Assembly (NCBI GenBank): GCA_002633005.1
Contig: NMRA01000711.1
Coordinates: forward strand, 124,496 to 188,495
Length of the DNA stretch: 64,000 nucleotides
Reading direction: 5' to 3'
From: Phoronis australis
Taxonomy: Eukaryota; Animalia; Phoronida
In this document: piece after piece, positions 48,428 to 61,775 of the stretch
Layout: every line of letters starts with the position of its first letter
Numbering within the stretch: position 1 is the stretch's first letter
Made by a program: the position numbers and the translations under genes
Notes under the pieces: model-generated
What the model was told of the DNA's origin: nothing
The model's input: the letters and a program-made list of their open reading frames with translations, nothing else
Database searches by the model: none

Positions 48428-51400
48428 GACGCATTTCAACGCTCTTCGTTGCTCTTCTTTAGTATGGAGAGCTAGAATTCCTCATCTCGCAAAACGAAAC
48501 CGTCATCCGAGGAGAGTTCATGGGTTGCGTCATCGTGAAGCTTTACCCCTGCTTACTTCATTTACCTAATTTTGAATTTGTGTTCGACTTTGCTTAATTG
48601 TTTGTGCTGCGTGGGACTTTAAGGAAATATAATGCTTTGCATGAGGAAATGCGTGAATAACGGTACTAGGCAAACATTATTGAATAGATTTTAATGCTGG
48701 AAACACAATGTAAAGTTTGTCTGAGCGCAAACACCTTGCAGTACTAGAAAAAAAAACACCACGGGCAGATTTGAATAGATATTAATGACAGAAGCACATT
48801 GTAAACTTTGTCTGACAGCTAACACCATTCAGTATTTGAAGCAAAAACAGTCACGCGGAAGACAAAACATACAACTGAACAACAACGAACCGTTTAACAC
48901 GTATTAAGAAATTGAAACAATTTTGACCCTGGGATTTTTGAAAAATTTATTTCCTGGAACCCACAATTAAAGTCATCAGCGGCCGAAATTCGAAAAGCGT
49001 TGGTTACACTGATTGAAAAGTGGCTAAGGCACGAAAAGTCAACGATGGAACTTTTAAACTTCGAAGTTTAAGAAAAGTTTCATTCTCCTTTAGCATGCAC
49101 TGGTCGAGTCCAAACGGACAAAGTGACAAATTTGCGAGGTAATCGCAAAAAGCTTGACATGGTAATATTTCTTACAGTAATTACAAAACATTAAATAACC
49201 AAAAACCGTTTTGTTTACAACTGGTTCTCGCCCTGTTTAGCTACCAAAACGTATATTGAATTAAGCCGTTTACTCTCTTAATTTCGGTGTCTTAATATTC
49301 CATACAATGACAGGATATTACCAACAAGACAACGGAAACTATCAGCTACCCAAGAAAAAACTTCAGGATTTGCTGAGGTTGTTCAACCCTAAAATTGCGA
49401 ATTCAAAAATGGTGCATGTAGGCATTACCTGTGACTTGGTTGGTAACTGTAGGCTCCCTCTGTGGGGACTAGGGTGAGTCTGCAGGCTCCTGTCTCTGTC
49501 GGGGCTAAATTGTGAGACTGTAGGCTCCCTCTACTAACCTATTTTTCAACCAGGGGGAAATGCTGCTTTAATTTCCTCTCAAAAGTGAGTGATTCTTGGC
49601 GTCATTGACAACTTATTTGCCTGGATCTAGATTTACCGCACCCCGTTGCATAAAGTTTTATGCTGGATACCAGCAGTGTCGCCACATTTTCACACGTCAC
49701 GTACGTGGCTATTGTTGCACAATATTACTGCACTTGACGTCATGTAAAAACAGTAATGAAGTTTGATACAATCCACCCCAGGAGTAGACATGTCGATGTC
49801 TGGCTCAGCCTGGCAACTCACCAATACAAGGAGAAATATGTTAAGACAGTTTTCTTTTTGTAAATATAAATCCACCAATTAGACATTTTTGTACTTATAC
49901 ACAGTCATGGGTCTTCCAAAAAATAGAACTTTATTGTTTTCATAAACTTTAAGTGGTTTCATTTTGACTAAGTAAGTGAAAGTTTCTTTTCGGTTTACAC
50001 CATGTAGTAATAAATTGTTCTCAACGTTTCAAAACTCGTGCTTGTTAACTTTATAGTTTTCTTTTTTCATAAAAATGTACGTAGCCACATCAAGCCACTT
50101 CAACTTGAGACACTTTACATAATGATGGATTTAGAACCTCCAGGTTTGTGCAACTCGACTTGTAATTTCAACCTTTGGGATTGGTTTTACACCTATTAGT
50201 CATTCTCGGAATGATCTACATGTACGCATAGCGGTTTTAAGAAGTAGACTACCCGCACACTTGTATTTTAGTCTATTGTGTATTGTATTGAATTGTATTG
50301 TATTGTATTGTACACAATGTATGAATGGTGAGCTTCAACGAGAAATGAGATACGTTTTTAAAGGGAACGATAATACACATGTTATTGTGAACACCAGTAA
50401 TCGCTTGAGTGACCGATCTACCCGTTTCGTGCAAAATACATTTCCTTGCTTTCACCAATTTAACAAGTCACCTCAGTAAAAAAATCACAAAAAGGAAACA
50501 TTTCGCAAATACCAACCCTGAATGTACTTTTTATTATTTGGTCCGACTATCAATTATTCCAAGTTCAAGAAGAAGAGTTCATCGTCAGTCCATCTGTTTA
50601 TGGCAGCCATTTTGCTGGTGTACCACCGAAAGAGGACACCACCAAAAGTTGAAAAAAATTAATTTCTAGTTCTATATTAGGTTCTGATTATTTGGAAAAA
50701 TGTTTATGTCGATTTCAAAAAATCATCATGTCGGAATGTTCTCCTTAAAATGCTTGGTGTTGACATTCATTTAACATTTTTTACGAAAAATGAAGCGAAA
50801 AGTGTTTTCATTCTTGTTGTTATCGTAGGGTTCCAGGTTAGACAAATCAGCTATCGTCCGTAGACCGTGCGAGTTTGAAGTGCTTTGATATATTAATGTG
50901 TTTATCCTTGTTGCATTTGTTCAAATTAGAGTCTGCATATACGATATCGTGCCACTGTTCTCTGGTATTTAGAGAATGTGGGCTGCAACACTGTGAGATT
51001 TGGTTATTGCTGCCCTTGCTTTTCAATCCTCTCTTTGTAATCACCGATTAATTACCAAATATGACTTCATCCATCCGTCCAGCTCAGTGTCCCGTGGTTG
51101 CAAATCATATTTTTAATCATTCTTTTTCGTAGCTGGTTTTTTGAGTTGCATCACCGTGAATTCGGATCCCTTGTAGTAGTGGAAGCTACAATAGGGCCGG
51201 TCTCCCACTATGCATGGATCGAAGCACGGTATGCGGTTGTCGGTCTCAGGGTCTCATTATCAGGGCACGTGGAGGCCTCAGTACCGGTATACTAAGATAG
51301 GGTTGCAGTTAGCGAAAGGGCCCCGAAATCCAAACAGAGACTGGACGTGTTCCCTAAAAGTGGCCATGTAGGCATACCTTGACGGTTGCAATCACGCTCG

Positions 51401-52378
51401 TATACAGACAACAAAGACATGTGGGAGTGGACCGTCATTTAGGCCTCAGTACCCCCATTATCTCACTTCAAAACACCGTGTTTGCAGTTTCCAGCCTTTG
51501 ATCATCTTCTCAAGATAAATGTTGGCTTCAAATCTTAGAGAATCTTTCCTTGTCTGTGGCAACGACAATAATTTAAATAGTCAAATGCTTGGTTAATTTC
51601 AATCGTTTGTTCCGAAATCATGGTTTGAATGCACACTGCTCTTTTGGGGTTACGAGAGCCGTTGTCTACCCGAGTGTCCATTTTGACCATCGCACGTAGC
51701 TGGTTGTTTGCCTTTGCATGTGATGGTCTCGTGTGCCGGCCGGGGGTTGCCGCCCTTTATGAGGCGGGCGATCGAAAAGGGAGGAAGAGCTCAATGAAAT
51801 TAATTATGAGTCCGATTCATTTATAAGTTGGAGTTTTCATCAATATTGGAAATGTCAGCAATCTACTAGTAGTTAAGGTGCTGGACCTAACAACCGAAGT
51901 GTCCAAGTTCCGAAATTCTAATTAACCGCCTGAACGCTCTCGTTGATTGGAGGTTACAAAACAATGTTGCCGGGCTTTCTTGTGCCATTTCTTCAGTGAG
52001 AAAGTGCTCAAACCAGATGGTCTTAGCCAAATGTTTGAGAAACGAAACGTTGTAAGCACGGCATCATTGGCATTAGTGTGAGCCATGTTAGTGAATTTGT
52101 GATCTAAGTTCATCAGTTCCGCTATAACTGGGACAAACGCCCCAGTACTAGAGACGGTGGCCCTCCCATAGGCCCGCCATACGGCCCATGCATACGCCGG
52201 AAGTTTTTCAGTGAATTTTGCCTCATACTAAGTAAAACATCACTTTCATTTGCCATAAGTATACCTTTTGTGCATAGAGGGACACCTTTGGAGGCCGTTG
52301 ATGTTGCTGTGAAATGTGCTTCCGGTGAATCATTTGTATGAGCCTCTGTTAGTGTTAGCCACTCGCTAACAGGCAATT

Positions 52379-52450
52379 GCCTATTAGCTGAATGGTTAGC
52401 ATGCTCGCCGGTTAAATCGGGGTCACTGGTTCGATTCCCGAGGTTGGGCA
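52379..52450 (+). other. tRNA-derived SINE head or tRNA pseudogene
   Basis: Pol III A box TAGCTGAATGG and B box GGTTCGATTCC at tRNA-like spacing; acceptor and anticodon stems pair poorly. Confidence 0.55.
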
Positions 52451-53757
52451 ATCTCGGCTATTATGACAGTGTATTTAACTGATCCCAGCTTGTACAAATA
52501 CTCGGACGCGATCATCCTTGAACGGTCAGGCTTCGTTCAGTTATTGCCCAAATCGGCAGTCCTCACATGTGTACTTCATGACTTTGTTACGTACGATTCA
52601 TGCTCGTTTCCGTACGCAGTGATGAACACTGTCCTCAGTCCCCAAATGTGTACTTTACGGCTTTAGTTATGTACAATTCACATTCGTTTCTGGATGCACT
52701 GATGGACTTTGTCTTCGGTACTCTCATGTGCACTTCACGACTTTATTATGTACGATTTATGTCCTCTTCCTGGAACTCAGTGTGCGCCAAATTTTTGAAC
52801 ATTTTATATCCTCTCTAATACACACATGCACTGCAGTCTTGGAGAAGTTTAATCATTGCCACATCAAATTGTGTGTCATTGCATGTCATAGTATTAACTC
52901 TTAACTTGTCGATAACTTAGTGTATGAAACCTAAACAACATTGTCTGCTTTGTTTAGTGAGATATGGATAAAGTAAAATATGAGCAATTTCGTATAAAAA
53001 TAATCGCCATAAATTCATAATTTGTCAATTTTCAAGAACTTAGTTGTAAAATTGTTTAGAATTCTCACAATTTCCCCAGACTTAGTTTCTTATGGTGTCT
53101 AAAACATCATGAAAATTTTTAACAAATGACGCAGGATTTATTTGGTATAATACTCATCTAATGAAAAACTATAAAGTAAAAATTAACTTGTCGCCCATGT
53201 TGTGTTCTGAATTGGTGTGATATTTATGTAAATTGTAACCACATGCCAGTTAACAATATGCCTCATATTTATAGCCTGGGAGAGAAACAGTCTAATCTTC
53301 TGGTGACAATAGACAGCTAGCAGAATGTGAATGACTATTGTGATGGCTGAATGGCTGATCCATCCTTAACATCACACACTTATTGTCTACTACCTATGAA
53401 GTCCTTGAAGGTGTTGAACCCTGGTCCTGACCTGTGTGTTTGATTCACCTCTTGTTTGCATTACATAGGTCTTACAGGTATTATCAACAGATTTTATGTC
53501 CGACACATTGCCAGCAATAAAACATTATGTGCATCTTCTAAACTTTAGATCCCAGAGATAAAAAGAATACCTGCTGCTGGTAAAAGGAGCCTACCAATTC
53601 GATCTTTCCCATAAGAGTTCCAGGAAGGGAACTTTGTTTTGTGTGTAGTATGCGTATATGTGCGTGCGCACGTGCGTGTTTGTGTGCGAGCGTGTTTGTG
53701 TGTGTGTGTGTGTGTCTGTCATCTCATATGCGTTAAAAATTACTTATTCTTTCCCAG

Positions 53758-53997
53758 AATATGCATTTGTGTCAGACTCTGACAAGAGGACCATCTGGCA
53801 AATGGACCTATCCAACACATCGAAGGCCTTGGTTCATCGGGCGTACACCATCAGTCGCTACAGTCCCTCTTATCTCGCCTGTGATACTAAGTCTCAGTAT
53901 ATTTACTGGGTGGATAACCGCAACATGAAGATAAAGAAAATGTCAGTGGTAAAGAGCGCCACCTCCGGCTATGGCTCTGTCTTGTCATTTGATTTCA
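53758..53997 (+). CDS. LRP-like YWTD beta-propeller exon 2
   Basis: tctttcccag acceptor and gtgagt donor, phase 1-1. Encodes YAFVSDSDKRTIWQMDL...LACDTKSQYIYWVD. Confidence 0.88.
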
Positions 53998-54618
53998 GTG
54001 AGTATCTTAGTCATGTTTGTGGCTTACATCAAGTGCGTTCCGTTCAGTTTGTGTTATTATTGTATCTCATCCTTCAATTTGAAATTAAGCACTGACAGGG
54101 AAATACCATGAGTCTTCGTGTTAACGCCCTGGTCTAAATGATGCCCTGGTAAATTGTCAAACCCATAAATTTGCATGTGGTTGGTTAAAAAGACATGGGC
54201 GCTTAATCGAAAATCCACTTATAGTGAAAAATGGGCTTAACTCAGAGACTTATGTTTTTCGTTCCCTTGCCAGTTTTGGCCATGTTGAAGCTGATGCACT
54301 TGTGTGTACTAATCATTTCAGTAATGACTGCATGACTTTGTTTTTTTCAAGCTTTCAAAGCAGCAACATTGTGAAATATTTTCATTAAATTCAAATCTCC
54401 ATTTCCTCTGGTTTTTCTGTTTGAATACTCCAAATCAGGCCAGTTTCTGCTTCGAAGTTGGTCTAATGGTTTCCTTACCATGAAAACACTTTATTTTTGT
54501 TGGCATGAAGAATACCATGTTGACATGCCTATTTCTGGACTTCACATTTGGGTGGAAAGTAAGCTAAAGTTTTTTTGTTGATAATACTGAATTAACACTT
54601 TTCTTTGTACACTTTCAG

Positions 54619-54790
54619 TGAACACTATGGGTGGTCTTGCAATAGATGAAAATGCCCGCCTTGTGTTTTTCACTGATGTGACTGAAAAGAAAATTGGTGT
54701 GATCAGTATTCGAGACGGAGCGTCATACTACAGTTTCATTGCCCAGAACCTGAGCCAGCCGACAGGAATCGCCGTTGATCCTCAGAACAG
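54619..54790 (+). CDS. LRP-like YWTD beta-propeller exon 3
   Basis: actttcag acceptor and gtaagc donor, phase 1-2. Encodes GGLAIDENARLVFFTD...NLSQPTGIAVDPQNR (LDLR class B repeats). Confidence 0.92.
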
Positions 54791-55809
54791 GTAAGCGCTT
54801 TGTGGCTACATAATCATAAATCTCCGCGAGAAACTTATTCGTTGCTTTCCCATTTAATGAAACCGTGTTCTATCAAAACTCCAGCACAGCCCCCATGGAG
54901 GCTCTTGCATTAACTCCTTTCTGGTAGCAACATCAGAATTCCCTCTAGTGTTGGGGATTGAACACCAGATGGCATAGTCGATTCACACTCTTGATTGAAT
55001 ACATGGGTTGTTGTATGCTAAGACCCCTACGATTACTCTTAAATAAGGAGTAGGCTCAGCCTTAATTTCCTCGTCACAAGGGGTTTGTGCAACTGCGCAG
55101 CTTTAATCCGGCATCTTTTTTGACTGAAGTTGTCATGACTGTTTGTGTCTGAGAGTTAACTTTCCCAATTGACCGAAACCCACAGAAACGGGGGAGGTGC
55201 GGTGTTGATGAGAAAGTGACGAAATTGACTTGTAGATTCTCATGTATTTTTCACAGCTTTAACAAAAAGGTTACATTGCACAGTAGACAATGTATATTTA
55301 TTTAAAGACATGACTATTGAGTAGGATGCACATGCACTCTGCCTCATTCTAATTATTCAGTCTTGTATCATGCCATATTAATGTAAATAATTGTTGAAGC
55401 TTAAAGGTGTGGTATTGATTATTTTCAGGAGTAACAGAAACCGTTTTTGTGTTTCATTTCATATTTATGTTCACTGTTAGTAATGTGTGCAAGACAAAGC
55501 ACGCTTCCTACCAAAGCATATCTTATGAAAAGTCAATGCTTTCATTTCTTGTAAACTAAACTATTAAGTGTTGTCGACTTTTCTTGCTCAAAGAGGAGCT
55601 GCTTACCTGGTCATGAAATTTTTATACCGATAAAGTAACAATTCTGTTAATGACGTACGGTGATTGTGTTGTTTTTTGACATAGCCTGCCAGCATCCAGG
55701 CAGAGTTTATGGATCAAGGTGGTTAGCTTGTCATAAAATCAGTTGAATGTGAATTGGTCAGTTATTCAGAAAAGAGCTGGACATTCCTGTATAGGTCCTA
55801 ACCATACAG

Positions 55810-55880
55810 CAATATGCTATCAATATGCTATCAATATGCTATCAATATGCTATCAATATGCTATCAAGAAACTATCAATA
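55810..55880. repeat. 11-bp tandem repeat, about 6 copies
   Basis: caatatgctat repeated. Confidence 0.88.
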
Positions 55881-56460
55881 TCAGATGTGGCCGGGGTTGG
55901 CCTCTCATGGGTGGTTCTTATTTATTTATTTATTGTGATATTTAAAAATGAGGGTGACCTCTTCAGTGATAGCACTGCTTTCCAAGAGGGCTCTCAACAA
56001 GAAAAACAGTAATATAATACAATGAAGTAATAAAACAACAATGAAAGATACGTAACAAAGATACAGTTAAAACAGGTTGAGAATTAAGACAATAACTAAA
56101 TGACGAATGGTAAAAATTTACATATGAAATAAATTAAGAGATGATTGTAATTTGTTTGACACACCAAACATCTAGGCACAACTTGTCTTAGTTGGAATGA
56201 AAGAACGCATGCAATAGTTTTAGTAACAGGAAAGGTGTTAAACCTACTGTCTTTTTTCAATGCCTACATTCACCATTTTTTGTAACTTTTAATGCTGCTC
56301 TCGTGTCTGTGAAGTTCTCTTATCAATGAAATTTGAACCTCGTTTTGTTCTTGCTTTTAGACAATTGTGCAGTGTTATGAGTAAGAGAGGTGTAACACCA
56401 AACACACGTTATATCAAAAAGCTATCAATATTAATATCAATATTAATGATACTTTACTAG

Positions 56461-56585
56461 GTTGTTGTATTGGAGTGATCCCCTGAAGCAGACGATCGAG
56501 GTGTCGAATTACGATGGAACCAACAGCAGAGTTGTGCTGCAGGGACAGCTGAGTGGTACCAGAGCTATGACATATGATCAGATAG
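56461..56585 (+). CDS. LRP-like YWTD beta-propeller exon 4
   Basis: tttactag acceptor and gtaagt donor, phase 2-1. Encodes LLYWSDPLKQTIEVSNYDGTNSRVV...RAMTYD. Confidence 0.92.
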
Positions 56586-58226
56586 GTAAGTCACCGCGGA
56601 CACAGTAGCCATGGCAACGGTCCCCAGTGGTGGTCTGCAGGTTTCTGACCTTTGTGTTGGGCATGTATTGAATACTTCTCCATATAAATAACAGTGATAC
56701 AATTATTGATCACTGGCGCATGTCGATACTTGCATTCATGGTTTTTCCTTTATTCTTGTTTATTCTTATCTTAAATTTCAACACCACAGCTTTGAAACAA
56801 TTTGAATGGATGCAGGTATGCCCTCAACAATAGCTGACTTGTGTTGTTCTGGTCGACAAAGCCTGCAATATCACCCTACATACCTGTGTTGGGAAGCTCC
56901 ACCTATATCTAGAGTTAGACACTCCTATAGCTAAACTCTTATGTTATGAACTGAACTTATTTATGTTACCAAATATGACTCATGGTGTTGATGAGTATTC
57001 AGTCCACATTATACCCTAGTTGCTTCCTTTTATAATGCTTATCTCCTCTGTTGTTTTATTGTCCCAATTTGCTGTTTTACAAATTTCATGCCCGGGAAAG
57101 TTTTGTCAATATAAAATTATTTGGGTAATATACATATATGACATACAAGCCATTGTATTGAAATAATTATTATAAAACTACAAAGTTGTCATCACAAAAA
57201 AAGGTGATAAGCTATAAAGGCTTTCCTTGTGAGACAAGTTTTGAATCATTATTTTTGAATAGGGTTTTTAAAAAACTTTAATTATAGCAATGGCTCAAAA
57301 CTTGTGCATGCAAACTTTTGTCCGACATGGCAGAAACAAGTCAGCAAACGACCGGTCAGAAAAAATGGCCATCAGACTGGCTAATTTGTACCTGGTGAAC
57401 TTCACACCTGACTACACTTCTGACTTCAGACATGGATTTTGAATATAATGTAAAAACACCAGTCGTGTCGTGTTACATCCATTTTTGCAATTTCCAACAA
57501 TTTGACTTAATAATGAAAAATTGTTGTGCAAATAATGTGAAAAATACATCTCAGAATGTTGTGATGATTTTCTATTTGTCCCGGATTTCCAACCCACGTC
57601 TACCAGTGAATGACCGATCGGTGATTAGTTGCCGAACCGTAGAACAAAGATTTGTGACCTGCGCTGTATGATCGTTGGCTCTCAGATTATTTGTATGACA
57701 GTCACAAAATTTCAGGCTGATATAATTGTGATACTACGCTTTTCCACTGGTTTGTCACTGCCTGGCGACTAAGGTGGACACAGACATTATACATTTTCAT
57801 TTGCCCAACGTGGGGGAATAGCCTCATTCTGACCTATTAATGGAGGTAGAAAACACGCACAGCTAACCTGACTTTCGTAAGGTCAAGGTCAAACTGCTAT
57901 TCTGGGCAGGGTTGAGAAAGAACATTGTATTGCACCGCTCTCAACTTCACAAAATTCTTGACATCAACACTGCAATTCACGGTGTAGATTGAGGTGTATT
58001 GGAGCTCATTCTGGGCTTGGATGGCTGGTTGGTGGCTCAGAATTTTGTGGGATAGTTGTAAATCATGGGTGTAGTTCACACACAATAAGTTGAGAAGATA
58101 ATTGTTTTATTACTCCACATAGATTCTGAATAGTCAGCCTGTAATGTGTGCTACATCTTGGCTAATAATGTTGTGCCCCGCAGCTGTTCTAATCAGTTTC
58201 AAGTAATACACTGTCGCTCATTTCAG

Positions 58227-58398
58227 GGCACACGTTATACTGGTGTGATTCTGTAACGCATCGCATCGAGTTGTACAACGTGACACTGGCCGAAAGAAGC
58301 ATTGTTGCAAACTTCACGTCATTGAACAAGACAATTAATATGTGTCAACAGATTGCTGTTGATAATGAATTGATTTACTACATCAGCAATGAGAAAAA
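58227..58398 (+). CDS. LRP-like YWTD beta-propeller exon 5
   Basis: catttcag acceptor and gtaagt donor, phase 1-2. Encodes TLYWCDSVTHRIE...QIAVDNELIYY. Confidence 0.9.
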
Positions 58399-59978
58399 GT
58401 AAGTATAACTTCAGGACCGGAGACTATACTATTCATGGATATTCTGTTGAGAGGGCAGGATATGCTAGACGGTAGCAGGAGCTAGGTGAAGCCGTGAAAC
58501 GATTTGCTGACCAGCAAATGACCATTAGAGGGAAGCAGGGGATGGGTGAAGCACATTACTGACACGCAAGTGACCGCCCTTTGTGCCCCACACGTCCCAG
58601 CTTTACCTTGTCGCGGTCTCGTTGTCGTTGCCTGTGGATTAAATACTGTATCAATTGTTCTTGGTTTGAACATTTGCTGATATTGCATAGAATTTGATTG
58701 TTTGAACTTTGTTGTTCTTGCACCAGACATCACCATTGTTTGAGCAGACTGCCAGACAGAGATACCAGACGTTAGCTATCATGTTTCATTGAATTTTGTT
58801 GAAAACAAAATGATTCTGGCGTAGGCTCTGGTTTTAGGCAAATTGTGCCTCATTGAATAGAGACTGTTGGTGACATTCTTCAGTCAGTAAAAATATGGTT
58901 ATTCTATGCCACTGGGGAGCTCATCTCAAACCATACATCCTGCAACACTTGGTAAAACTTACATTATTTGTAGCATGGTATTGACCCTTTGAGCAAATGA
59001 AAAATTGCTATTTGGCAATTATTTTGTGTCAAATAGGGGGAACATTGCTGTGTTTCACTTCCCTCAGTTTAGTTGCTAGAATGCGTCGTCAATCTTTTGT
59101 CTTGCGAACCTATCCCACTTGTTGTCATGGTGTTTCTTTGTTTTGTGAGAGTGATGTGTCTTGCTAGAAGAGTTCACCACTCTCTAGTCTTAAAAAGTTA
59201 ACTGACACTTGAAAGTGTATTTTTCTGGTACATTAATCCTTTACTTCGAGCACTTCTATCAACAAGTTTTACAAAATCGAATGCTACTTTTGAACTTTGT
59301 GTTGTCTTGGAGCTGAAGAGTCTCGCCAGATCTCAGCTAATCACCTGTTTTCACCTGTTTTTTAAGATTTCTGATGTGTCTATAAGAGTACATGCGACAT
59401 GTTCTCTCATGGTCATCACAGCGGTAGGTCAACTTGTCCTGGATGGACAATGCATTATTATCCTACTAAGTTCTTCCTTCGTAAGAATCCAAACAAGACT
59501 CAAGCTGCAAATCCATTCATCCCTTCCAAACAATTTGTTGTGTTTGAAAAAGCATAATATGTGGTAGAAAGTCATATCCGGTGCTGTAATTCTCACCACT
59601 CAAAATTATGGAAATTTTCAATTGTAGTGTTTTAAAATGACCGATGTGTCTAATAGTGTTTTAAAATGACCAGTCTGTGTATAGCGTTTTGACTTTTGAC
59701 ACATGAAGAATGTGGACTGAAAGACTGTCAGTTTGAATAATACTGATAGACAGTAGTTTGCGAATTAATCTGGACAGGATTGAAATTCTCGACACTTGTG
59801 GCACCCAAAACTGCGACTTCGACCATGAACCTGTTTTTATTTTTGTTAAACCTCGACAAAATCTTGAAAGGTGTTGCTTTGCCCATTTTTTGAAATCGCA
59901 ACAACTTACTTTACAAGATTAGTTTAAAAATAAACAATCAGGACAGGGCTATAGGCACAATTAATAATGTTACGTTAA

Positions 59979-60854
59979 AGGCGAAGGCAACCCTTTTTCA
60001 TGTCCTTTTTAGCAAAAATAATGTTCGTTGGTTATCCCAGACAAATTTTCCACTTAATTACAGCTTTCTGTAATTTAATTAATTATTCGTTCTCTACTCC
60101 GGAAGTGACGTTTTGGGAGGCAAGCATTTCGCGCCAATTTCTTTTCATATAGTCTGACCGTGAGAGCTGCCGAGCAACTCATTGTTCTGCCTCGGTTGTG
60201 ATAAGTTCGCTCGTCGTTTGCTTTTGTTTACGACTCAGTCAACATGCCACACTGTTGCTGCGTACCGGGATGTACTCATAGACAGAGGAACAACTGTCCC
60301 ATTTGCCCGCGTGTACCACGACACACTGCGACTGGATAGTGACCTGAGCGCACAAACTGCTTATACCCTGCCGTGTGACTCCCTCGCCAGACACCTGGCA
60401 CCTTCTAAATAGCTCCAATACTTTAAACAAGTCCACAATAAACTTATCAAAGTTTGGCTCACCGATATGTTCTTTGAACGACGAACTGTACTGTTCACTG
60501 ACTGGGACCTGTATTCACTCCCACTACTCAACATCGCAGCAGGGCTGCTTACAGGCTTTGGGCTATAATGAGTACATCCCGGTACGCAGCAACAGTGTGG
60601 CATGTTGACTGAGTTGTAAACAAAAGCAAACGACGACCGAACTTATCACAACAAAGGTAGATTAATGACTGACGCGACAGCTCTCATCGTCAGATTATAT
60701 GTAAATAAATTGGCGGGAAATGCTTGCCTTCCGGAGTAGAGAACGAATATTTAGTTAAATTACGAAAAGCTGTAATTAAGTTGAAAATATGTCTGGGATA
60801 ACCAACAAACCTAATTTTTGCTAAAAATGACATGAAAAAAGGTTGCCTTCGCCT
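59979..60854. mobile_element. Kolobok-like foldback element with ~290-300-bp inverted arms and a transposase remnant
   Basis: TTAA TSD at 59975-59978 and 60855-60858; AGGCGAAGG...CCTTCGCCT termini. Each arm ends in an ATG coding MPHCCCVPGCTH (THAP-like start). The interior minus strand encodes KFIVDLFKVLELFRRC...C...H..KW. Confidence 0.82.
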
Positions 60855-61659
60855 TTAAATTACACTTGGAATGACAAAGTGCTGTTTTACTGCAACAGAA
60901 GTGGACTAAATTGCCAAATAACGTTGGTTTGAAGTTTGTTGTAATTTGAACTGTGATGACGTTTGTCTAGGTGGTTTATTTTGGAACTAAAACTACTTGA
61001 TGAAGAAGGACTGTGTGTTCATAAGTAAAACTTATTCGTCTTTGCTTATGTAATTATCCTAAGATCTGAGATAAATATTAGCAAGTTGAGTCACAACCCC
61101 AACTGTATGTCAGAGTCGTTGATTTCCTATAAAGCTGTTGGTTGGCTTGGTTGGACCTAATGCAGAGTGCGATCATGTGACTGTGCCTCTAGTGTTTACG
61201 TGCTTGCCAGAGGATGACGAGGCTCTTTTTTTCACTGTTATGAATATTTATTGACCAAGCATGACAAAGTAACAACAATAGTAAAGTCGTTATGAATATT
61301 TCTTGTTGTGCATTCAGGGCTAATTTTCCAGTATGAGTGTGTGTGAATAGAAAAGAGCAAGCTTTGAAATGACCGCGTTAGGTGATTTAGAGAAAAAAGG
61401 GTGTCTGTTACTGCAGTAAATGTATGTAACTGGTCAGTGCATCACGNCCTAAACTGCATGTTTACACTCATGAAAATGGCGATCATTGTGAATGATCCCT
61501 TTTAATATGCATTTCTCACTTTACATTCGGTGATTATGATGGAAAGTCTTTCTGTAAGGTTATCAATAAACTGTGCTTTAACACTCTCTTTCAGGATGCT
61601 TCGTGAAAAAGTTGTCCACCTTTGTAACTGATCCTTTTTGGTGCGTGTCATTTTTCCAG

Positions 61660-61775
61660 GCACATAATGTATGTGAACAAAATGAATGTGTCTGACATGG
61701 GCCAGCTTGACGATGTGGCAGACTTTGGTAAACTTGGTGGCCTGACATTGTGCAAGGATGACCTGTTGTATAAAG
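61660..61775 (+). CDS. LRP-like exon 6 (end of propeller)
   Basis: tttttccag acceptor and gtaata donor. Phase 2-1 bridges exons 5 and 7. Encodes HIMYVNKMNVSDMGQLDDVADFGKLGGLTLCKDDLLYK. Confidence 0.75.

Noticed and set aside
53658-53757. N-terminal CVCV part of ORF 53658..54095
   Set aside because: It is a (GT)n microsatellite in the intron; the exon begins at the acceptor at 53758.
61595-61659. Upstream acceptor (ctctctttcag) for LRP-like exon 6
   Set aside because: It gives an in-frame TGA after 11 codons, whereas the acceptor at 61660 keeps the frame into the EGF exon.
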